Below are positions 25,572 through 32,000 of a stretch of 32,000 nt of DNA, in pieces. The stretch covers positions 270,001 through 302,000 of the forward strand of contig CAVRAI010000009.1 in NCBI GenBank assembly GCA_963718915.1, read 5' to 3'. Each line of letters begins with the position of its first letter. Position 1 is the first letter of the stretch. The stretch is from an uncultured Chloroflexia bacterium. GTDB taxonomy: Bacteria; Chloroflexota; Ktedonobacteria; Ktedonobacterales; JADMIN01. The position numbers were made by a program, and so were the translations under genes. The notes under the pieces are model-generated. The model was given only the letters and a program-made list of their open reading frames with translations. It did not search any database and was not told where the DNA came from.

Positions 25572-27659
25572 TTAGTGGAAATCTTGAGGGTCTGGCTCAG
25601 CAATACTCTCAGGTTCTAGCGGTTTTACACGCCGGTTGAGCACTTCATCCAACGCGATCGACGAGGAAAGCGAACCGCCAGCGATGCCATCTGAGCCATC
25701 GGATGCGCCACTTTCGCCGATAACACTCACCAGATCGTTTGCCTGCAGGCGGAAACCGGGTTCAGGATGCGCGATGAGCTGGCCATCGCGCAGCACCGCG
25801 ATGATGCGGCTCCGGCGGTTCGTCTGCAAACGCACCTCCGACAGCGGCTGATCGATGAGCGTGCTGCCCTCACTGATACAGAACCAGGCGATGCCAAGCG
25901 CGCGACTGGCATTCAGGAGATGATCGAGGGCGCCCCGCTCGTCCGGCGTCGAAACAGTGATATCGTAGCGGTCGCGGCGCACTGCCTCCGCATAGTCTTC
26001 CACGTCGGCGAATGGGAAACCGAGGCGCATGAGGGTATGGCGCATAATTTCGAGTCCGCCCTCCAGTTCCGGCAGGATGACATCCTGCGCGCCCAGACGT
26101 TGTAACCGTTCGACGCCATCCTGTGTTGCCGCGCGCGCAATGATGGGGAGCTGTGGCGTTTGATGCCGCCCCGCGGCGACCACCACCTCACAGGCCGCCT
26201 CGTCTGGCAGGGTCACGACGAGCGCCCGCGCCCGGCTCAATCCCGCATGATCGAGCACCTCCGAGTCGGCGGCGTCGCCATAGAGCGTTGGCACTCCCTG
26301 CTGATCGAGTTCGACGGCCCGGCCAATATCCAGCTCCACCACCAGACGCGGTATCCCCAAACGACCCAGCACGGTGACGATATGCTCGCCAACGCGCCCG
26401 TATCCGACGACGACCACATGCCCGCTCATCTCCTCGGTGGCGGGCTGTGGTGGCGTGCCATGCCGATCCAGGCGACGCCAGAGTCCCGGCGCGCGGCGCA
26501 GCAGCGACTCGGTGGGCGCAATGAGCCGGAACATAAAGGGGTTGACCAGAATCGAGAGAATCGCGACGGCCAGCACCATGGAATACTGTTGCGATGTGAA
26601 AACGCCGACCAGGATGGCCGATTGCGCCAGCAGGAACGAGAACTCGCCGATCTGGTTCCGTCCCGCCGCGACGACCAGTATGGTCTTGGCCGGGGTGGGC
26701 AACGCGAAGCCGGAAAGTAGGGTCAGCACGGCCTTGCCAACCACAACGACGGCCGTGAACGCCAGAATCTCCGCGATGTTCCCTGGCAGGTTGCGCGGGT
26801 TGACGAGCATGCCGATAGAGACGAAGAAGAGCACCGTGAATGTTTCGCGGAAAGGCAACACCTCCGCGCTCACCTGGTGCCTGGTTGACGATTCGCTGAC
26901 GACGACCCCGGCGAGGAATGCTCCCAGCGCCAGCGAAACGCCGAAGAATTCCGCCGCGGCGACGGCCGTGCCGACGGTAATCACTACAACTGTGATAATG
27001 AATAGCTCGCGCGAGCGCATGTGCGCAATCCGCAGCAGCAACCAGGGCACGAAGCGCGTCCCAACGATCAGCATGAGCGCCGCGAAGATTGCCGCTTTCA
27101 GCAGCGCCAGCCCCACCGATTGCCAGATAGGCGCCCCGGTCTTCTCGGTGAATGCGGGCAACAGCACGAGGATGAGAACGGTTGCCAGATCTTCGACGAC
27201 CAGCCAGCCAACGGCGACTCGCCCATGTGAAGTATTGAGCAGGCCATTATCCATCAAGTAGCGCAAGAGGACGACTGTGCTGGAAATCGAGAGCGCCACG
27301 CCAAGTACAAGCCCGGATGCCGTCGACATGCCCCACCAGCTTGCCAGCCCAAACCCGATTGCGGTGATGAGGATCATCTGCGCCAGCGCGCCGGGGATGG
27401 CGACCGCGCGGACCGCCCAGAGGTCGCGCAGCGAGAAATGCAGGCCAACGCCGAACATCAGAAAGATGACGCCGAGTTCCGCCAACTCGCTAATTGTCTC
27501 GGTATCGCCGACAAAGCCCGGCGTGAACGGCCCAATGATGATTCCGGCGACTAGAAAACCGACGAGCGTTGGCAGCCCGATTCGGCGCGCCAGCAAACCT
27601 CCAAGCAGGGCGGCCGTCAGCGCGACAGCCACATTGATCAGCAGTGCGATATCGTGCAT
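25572..27659 (-). CDS. CPA2 cation:proton antiporter with RCK (TrkA-N and TrkA-C) domains, Kef/YbaL-like
   Basis: The ATG at 27659 has GAGGTGAT upstream. A multi-TM Na_H_exchanger core is followed by a Rossmann motif (VVVVGYGRVGEHIV) and a TrkA-C-like tail. Confidence 0.9.
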   Translation of the reverse strand: MHDIALLINVAVALTAALLGGLLARRIGLPTLVGFLVAGIIIGPFTPGFVGDTETISELAELGVIFLMFGVGLHFSLRDLWAVRAVAIPGALAQMILITAIGFGLASWWGMSTASGLVLGVALSISSTVVLLRYLMDNGLLNTSHGRVAVGWLVVEDLATVLILVLLPAFTEKTGAPIWQSVGLALLKAAIFAALMLIVGTRFVPWLLLRIAHMRSRELFIITVVVITVGTAVAAAEFFGVSLALGAFLAGVVVSESSTRHQVSAEVLPFRETFTVLFFVSIGMLVNPRNLPGNIAEILAFTAVVVVGKAVLTLLSGFALPTPAKTILVVAAGRNQIGEFSFLLAQSAILVGVFTSQQYSMVLAVAILSILVNPFMFRLIAPTESLLRRAPGLWRRLDRHGTPPQPATEEMSGHVVVVGYGRVGEHIVTVLGRLGIPRLVVELDIGRAVELDQQGVPTLYGDAADSEVLDHAGLSRARALVVTLPDEAACEVVVAAGRHQTPQLPIIARAATQDGVERLQRLGAQDVILPELEGGLEIMRHTLMRLGFPFADVEDYAEAVRRDRYDITVSTPDERGALDHLLNASRALGIAWFCISEGSTLIDQPLSEVRLQTNRRSRIIAVLRDGQLIAHPEPGFRLQANDLVSVIGESGASDGSDGIAGGSLSSSIALDEVLNRRVKPLEPESIAEPDPQDFH

Positions 27660-27799
27660 GTGGATCACCTCGCCACCAGCATACAATACCACCCACGCAT
27701 TAATACACCGCGAAATGGCTGAATCGAAGCGCGACATCTCGCTGTTTCATTGATGGGCATGGCATATGTATGGCAGTGCGAGAAAGTGACTGGCAAACG

Positions 27800-28267
27800 A
27801 TGAATCGAGAGCAACTCCTTGCCCGGCTGGATAAAGCATGGTCCGCGTTTGGGGAATCATACGCCGGGCTGCCAGAGGCGGCGATGACTGCGCCGGGCGT
27901 CGCGGGCGACTGGTCGGTGAAAGACGTTCTGGCGCATGTCGCCACCTGGGAGGAGGAGGCGCTGAAGTATCTGCCGCTGATTCTCTCGGAAGGCAGGCCG
28001 CCGCGCTACGCCAGCTACGGTGGCATAGATGCGTTCAACGCGCGGATGACGGAGGCGAAACGCCGTCTCTCGCTCGCCGATATCCAGCGGCGCCTGGAGG
28101 AGACGCACCGCGAACTCATCGCGTATCTTCGGCGCGTGCCTGAAGAGCAGTTCGCGACGGAGACGCGCTTCCGCCACCGCCTGCGGCTCGATACGTACAG
28201 CCACTACCCGCTGCACACCAGCATGATCCGCGCATGGCGCGAGCAGACAAACACCGTGCAGCTTTAG
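27800..28267 (+). CDS. DinB/ClbS-like four-helix-bundle protein
   Basis: MNREQLLARLDKAWSAF...WSVKDVLAHVATWEEEAL...YSHYPLH is the pattern typical of the DinB superfamily. The ATG at 27800 is preferred over 27770. Confidence 0.7.
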   Translation: MNREQLLARLDKAWSAFGESYAGLPEAAMTAPGVAGDWSVKDVLAHVATWEEEALKYLPLILSEGRPPRYASYGGIDAFNARMTEAKRRLSLADIQRRLEETHRELIAYLRRVPEEQFATETRFRHRLRLDTYSHYPLHTSMIRAWREQTNTVQL

Positions 28268-28301
28268 CGCATACGCCTGGAAAGTGTGCCACGAACAGGT
28301 C

Positions 28302-28961
28302 TTAACCTTCTGTGCCAGTCTGTCCCGTCCGGCGCTGATATGCTGTGGTTCCCGCCGCGATGTAGGCGCGTAGCATCCGCTTCAACTCCGTGACGGCCTC
28401 CGGGCACACCTGCCCCTCGGCGGTGGTCATCAGCGGCATCAGCGCACGAACCGTCTCGACAATCATCCGCACCGACAACTCACGGCGCTCCGCGGTTAGC
28501 CCGGGCATACGCCGCGCGATTCGCGCATCCAGCCGCCGCACAATCTCCTCCACGAGCGGTTGTCCAGCCTGCGCGCCATCACCCGTTCGCGGCAGCGCCA
28601 CGAACAGCGCGAGCATACGGTAGCCACGCGCATAGAGCGCAATGAGCGGATCGAGCAGGCGATCCAGCAACTCGGCGGGCGATAGTTCATCCCGTGGGTC
28701 GCTGGCGAACACCCCTTCCAGCACCTCACGCATCTGCTCCTGCGAGCGCGCGACGAGTGCCCGCAAGATGGCCTCTTTATTGGGGAAGAACTGGTAGAGC
28801 GAGCCGATGGAGGTGTGGGCCTCCGCCGCGATCTGGTTGGTGCTGGTGGCCTCGTAGCCCGTCACGGCGAAGAGACGCTCCGCCGCGTCGAGGATCGCCT
28901 CGATACGGCGCTGACCGCGCAGTTGCCGCGGGCGTCTGCGTAGTGGGACGTCGGGAATCAT
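28302..28961 (-). CDS. TetR family transcriptional regulator
   Basis: HTH region (ILDAAERLFAVTGYEATSTNQIAAEAHTSIGSLYQFFPNKEAIL). The ATG at 28961 shares one nt with the P450 stop (TGATG). The longer tracked ORF to 29291 is out-of-frame overlap with the P450 gene. Confidence 0.85.
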   Translation of the reverse strand: MIPDVPLRRRPRQLRGQRRIEAILDAAERLFAVTGYEATSTNQIAAEAHTSIGSLYQFFPNKEAILRALVARSQEQMREVLEGVFASDPRDELSPAELLDRLLDPLIALYARGYRMLALFVALPRTGDGAQAGQPLVEEIVRRLDARIARRMPGLTAERRELSVRMIVETVRALMPLMTTAEGQVCPEAVTELKRMLRAYIAAGTTAYQRRTGQTGTEG

Positions 28962-30364
28962 CACACAACCTTTGGCAACGTCGAGGCGGACTTCCGCGTT
29001 CCGGCGGATTCCAGCCGCACGCGCAGACCATTCGCCAGCCGGAGCGTGACGCGCGGGCGTGGTATTGGGCGGAAGCCAGGCACGACGACCGGAGTGACCC
29101 GCTGGAGTATCGTCGCCAGCACGAGCCGCATCTCCATCTCGGCCAGCGGCATGCCGATGCACATTCGCGGCCCCAACCCAAAGGGGAAATACGCGCCGCG
29201 AGGCAGATGCTCTGTGCTGCCATCGAGCCAGCGTTCCGGGCGGAAGACCTCGGCGTCGCCCCAGATAGACGGCTCGCGGTGCAGAATCCACGGGCTGACG
29301 ATCAGTGATGCGCCGACGGGGAAGCTATAGCCATCCAGCGTGATCGGCTCCAGCGGCGTCCGGTTGATAGACCACGCTGGCGGACGCAGGCGCAGGGCTT
29401 CCTGAATCACGGCGTCCAGATAGGGCAGCCGGGAAAGATCGGCGGCGCCGGGCACGCTTCCGCCGAGCACATTGGCCACCTCAGCGCGAAGCCGCGCATA
29501 GGCCTCCGGCCACCGCGAGAGCAGATCGAGCGTCCAGGAGAGCGCGGTAAAGGTGGTTTCGTGTCCCGCGGCGATCAGGGTCATTGCCTGGTCGCGAATC
29601 TCAACATCGCCGAGGGGCTGCTCGTCCTCGTCGCGCGCCTCCAGCAGCATCGAGAGCACGTCGCCGCGATCCACACCCTCGGCCCGGCGGCTGGCGATCA
29701 AGCCGTAGACGAAGGCGTTCAGGTCGGTGGCGGCAGCACGCACCTTTTCGTGCGCCGCGTGTCCCGGCATGAATGGCAGGCCAAGCAGAGCAGGCGGCAG
29801 CATTGAGCCAAACCCGGAGGGCTGGGCGTCCACCACCGCGGCGAATATGCGGCTCAGTCGCGTGCCCTCCTCAGCGAGATCCAGATCGAAGAGCGCCTTG
29901 ATGATAATGCGCAACGTCAGCTCGCGCAACTCGGCGGCAAAATCTATCTCGTCGCCGATACGCCAGCCATGGAGCATCTCGACGGTCTGGCTGGTCATGA
30001 TCTCGGCGTAGCCCTCCACGCGCTTGCGATGGAAGGCAGGCTGGACGAGTCGGCGCTGTCGCCGGTGCATCGAGCCATCGGTGGTGAGCAGCGATATGCC
30101 GAGCCGCGCGCGCAATCCCGGTCGCTCGCCGACGCCAACGCTGCGGGCGCGCTCTACCAGGAGGTCGTAGGCATGCTCCGGGCGGAAGGCGAAGACGATA
30201 GGCTCGCTGAACATGTGGACGGTCGCGATGGGGCCATACGCGCGATGGAGACCATCGAGGAAGGTCAGCGGATCGCGCTGGAACTGTGGAAGGTTGCCGA
30301 AGACCGGGAAGCCCTTCGGCCCCGGCGGATAGGTGGACGTCGTCTCTGTAACTATCGTCGCCAT
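28961..30364 (-). CDS. cytochrome P450
   Basis: Heme loop FPFGLGPRMCIGMPLA, I-helix AAGHETT and ExxR (EALRLRPP). The ATG at 30364 has GGGAGG upstream. Confidence 0.9.
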   Translation of the reverse strand: MATIVTETTSTYPPGPKGFPVFGNLPQFQRDPLTFLDGLHRAYGPIATVHMFSEPIVFAFRPEHAYDLLVERARSVGVGERPGLRARLGISLLTTDGSMHRRQRRLVQPAFHRKRVEGYAEIMTSQTVEMLHGWRIGDEIDFAAELRELTLRIIIKALFDLDLAEEGTRLSRIFAAVVDAQPSGFGSMLPPALLGLPFMPGHAAHEKVRAAATDLNAFVYGLIASRRAEGVDRGDVLSMLLEARDEDEQPLGDVEIRDQAMTLIAAGHETTFTALSWTLDLLSRWPEAYARLRAEVANVLGGSVPGAADLSRLPYLDAVIQEALRLRPPAWSINRTPLEPITLDGYSFPVGASLIVSPWILHREPSIWGDAEVFRPERWLDGSTEHLPRGAYFPFGLGPRMCIGMPLAEMEMRLVLATILQRVTPVVVPGFRPIPRPRVTLRLANGLRVRLESAGTRKSASTLPKVV

Positions 30365-30443
30365 ATCGCCTCCCGATTCTTTCGAGGAAGAGTTAAGAGT
30401 GCCCTGACTCACAGGAGCAGCTTCTATGTCGCCATTCGCATCA

Positions 30444-30463
30444 TACATGAGCGGTTACTCATG
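30444..30463. promoter_or_regulatory. candidate TetR operator, 7-6-7 inverted repeat
   Basis: ACATGAGcggttaCTCATGT lies in the divergent region between the P450-tetR genes and the hydrolase gene, about 80 nt upstream of the P450 ATG. Confidence 0.35.
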
Positions 30464-30612
30464 TTTCAAGAAGCAGACGAGATTACCTCAAGGATCTCAG
30501 GATTCATTAACGTGGCACACGGAGAAGAGGGCATGAAACCTGCGGCGTGCTTCGCATCGTCTGCTCAACAGCATCCCGTAATAGTGCGCTAACAGAAAGA
30601 GATGAACCGCGC

Positions 30613-31467
30613 ATGGCAACGCTTACCACCCACGAACAGCAAGAGATCGACCGCGCCAACGCATCGGGCTTACAGCCTGTTGTCTTCGTTCATGGCCTCT
30701 GGCTTCTCTCCAGCAGCTGGGACAACTGGCGCCAACTATTTGAGGCCAGCGGCTATACCGCCCTCGCGCCCGGCTGGCCCGATGATCCCGAGACCGTCGC
30801 GGAGGCCAATGAGGAACCCGAAGCCTTCGCCCATAAGCGCCTCAGGCAGATCACCGGACACTATCTTGAGGCGATTGGCCAGCTTACGACGAAGCCTGCC
30901 GTGATTGGCCATTCCTTCGGCGGCCTGATCTCGATGATGATCGCCGGGCAGGGCGTTGCCGCGGTGACCGTCGCCATTTCTCCGGCGCCATTCCGGGGCG
31001 TGCTCCCGTTGCCGTTCTCGGCGCTCAAGTCGTCGTCCGCGGTGCTCGCCAATCCCGCCAATTACAACCGCGCGGTTGCGCTCACCTACGAGCAGTTCCA
31101 CTATGGGTTCACCAATGCCGTGGACGAGGACGAGGCTCACAAACTGTACGATGCCTTTGCGGTGCCGGGCGCGGGCGCGCCAATCTTCCAGGCGGCCACT
31201 GCCAACGTCAACCCCTGGACCGAGGATCAGGTGGACACGAACAATCCTGAGCGCGGGCCGCTGCTGATTATCTCCAGCGACCAGGATCACACTGTCCCAT
31301 TTGCGATTGCCGACGCCGCCTACAAGCGGCAGGTCAAGAATCCCGGCATCACCGAGATCAAGGAGATGTCGAATCGCGGTCATTCGCTGACCATCGATCA
31401 CGGGTGGCAGGAAGTCGCCGAGACGGCGCTATCATTCGTCAAGGAGCATACGCCGAAGGATCAGTAG
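30613..31467 (+). CDS. alpha/beta hydrolase
   Basis: VVFVHGLW oxyanion region and a GHSFGG nucleophile elbow. The ATG at 30613 is preferred over the tracked start at 30547. Confidence 0.85.
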   Translation: MATLTTHEQQEIDRANASGLQPVVFVHGLWLLSSSWDNWRQLFEASGYTALAPGWPDDPETVAEANEEPEAFAHKRLRQITGHYLEAIGQLTTKPAVIGHSFGGLISMMIAGQGVAAVTVAISPAPFRGVLPLPFSALKSSSAVLANPANYNRAVALTYEQFHYGFTNAVDEDEAHKLYDAFAVPGAGAPIFQAATANVNPWTEDQVDTNNPERGPLLIISSDQDHTVPFAIADAAYKRQVKNPGITEIKEMSNRGHSLTIDHGWQEVAETALSFVKEHTPKDQ

Positions 31468-31705
31468 CGCGGGCAGTCAGCCCAAAACCTCATCCTGTTG
31501 GCCAGTATCACCTCCGCCTTGAGCCATGGCAGCGGCCAAACTACTCGGTCGCTGCCATCGCCAATTCACCGGCAACCCACACCGCCCTCGGCAAACAACA
31601 ATTCGACCGGCTAAGAGGTTCATGAGGTTCATGAGGTTCGCCGCCCCGCGCTGGAATTGCGATGGAATATGGAACGAACCGAGAGGAAGGACGAAGGAGA
31701 GTGTC

Positions 31706-32000
31706 ATGGACCTGCATCTGACTGGGAAGGTTGCCCTCGTGACGGGAGCAAGCAAGGGCATTGGTCTGGCCGTGGCGCGGGCGCTTGCTGAAGAGGGCGC
31801 GCAGGTTGTCCTCGGCGCCCGCGAACTTTCCGACGACGTGTCCAAACTCGTCGAGCGATTTCAGGCGCGTTTTGTTCCCGTGGATTTGGGTACCTCAGAC
31901 GGTTCCGCCCGGTTGGTCGATGAGGCGGTCGCGACGTATGGTGGGCTTGATATCCTCGTCAATAATGTGGGCGCCACGCATCCACATCCTGGGGGATTTC
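31706..32000 (+). CDS. SDR family oxidoreductase, N-terminal part (runs off the window)
   Basis: The ATG at 31706 has GGAGAG upstream. It reads MDLHLTGKVALVTGASKGIGLAVARALAEEGAQVVLGAR..., containing the TGxxxGIG cofactor motif, and stays open to the window edge. Confidence 0.8.
   Translation, partial: MDLHLTGKVALVTGASKGIGLAVARALAEEGAQVVLGARELSDDVSKLVERFQARFVPVDLGTSDGSARLVDEAVATYGGLDILVNNVGATHPHPGGF

Noticed and set aside
23794-27261. Long plus-strand ORFs 23794-24825 and 26374-27261
   Set aside because: They are antisense to the SBP and CPA2 antiporter genes respectively. No motifs; shadow ORFs.
28962-29291. N-terminal 110 aa of the tracked 329-aa TetR ORF
   Set aside because: This part overlaps the P450 C-terminus out of frame and is Arg/Ala-rich nonsense. 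The TetR HTH begins right after the internal ATG at 28961.
1-32000. Scan for CRISPR arrays, rRNA or tRNA genes, and transposase, integrase or reverse-transcriptase genes
   Set aside because: I saw no regularly spaced 25-40-bp repeats, no rRNA-like conserved blocks, no cloverleaf-compatible sequences, and no ORF with DDE, tyrosine or serine recombinase or RT motifs. This was a by-eye scan, so short or degenerate elements could have been missed.

Overview
High-GC (~63%) bacterial chromosomal window. The Thr/Pro-rich linkers, many lipobox proteins and an F420-type LLM oxidoreductase suggest Chloroflexota or Actinomycetota, but this is inference only. Most of it is housekeeping or accessory metabolism. 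Recognisable genes are comM/yifB, three alpha/beta hydrolases, a TolB-like beta-propeller, and a fused response-regulator/TrxR-like gene with a cNMP-binding histidine kinase. There is also an LLM oxidoreductase, a NodB deacetylase, a marR-MFS pair, an ECF sigma factor, a TIR-domain protein, a peptide-type ABC importer (SBP plus 2 permeases, no ATPase), a CPA2/RCK antiporter, a P450-tetR pair and a partial SDR. I saw no rRNA, tRNA or CRISPR array and no intact transposase or integrase. Seven observations deserve a second look. (1) The last 60 bp of comM are duplicated 379 bp downstream with only synonymous differences, flanking a single antitoxin-like gene; this looks like an att-type footprint of a decayed integrative cassette. 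(2) An 86-nt element is present twice at ~95% identity, once with its own near-consensus promoter and once abutting the comM start. (3) Six frame disruptions, all +1 in sense, break four genes, and five of them cluster in 6.1-9.7 kb. (4) An ECF sigma with a four-CxxC C-terminal extension is followed by a TIR/coiled-coil gene whose tail drops sharply in GC. (5) A ~40-nt motif is conserved in two intergenic regions. (6) GCGCAGA repeats are phased at 21-22 bp upstream of the ABC operon. (7) Several perfect palindromes sit in promoter regions. No complete, recognisable defence or mobile system is demonstrable from the sequence alone.
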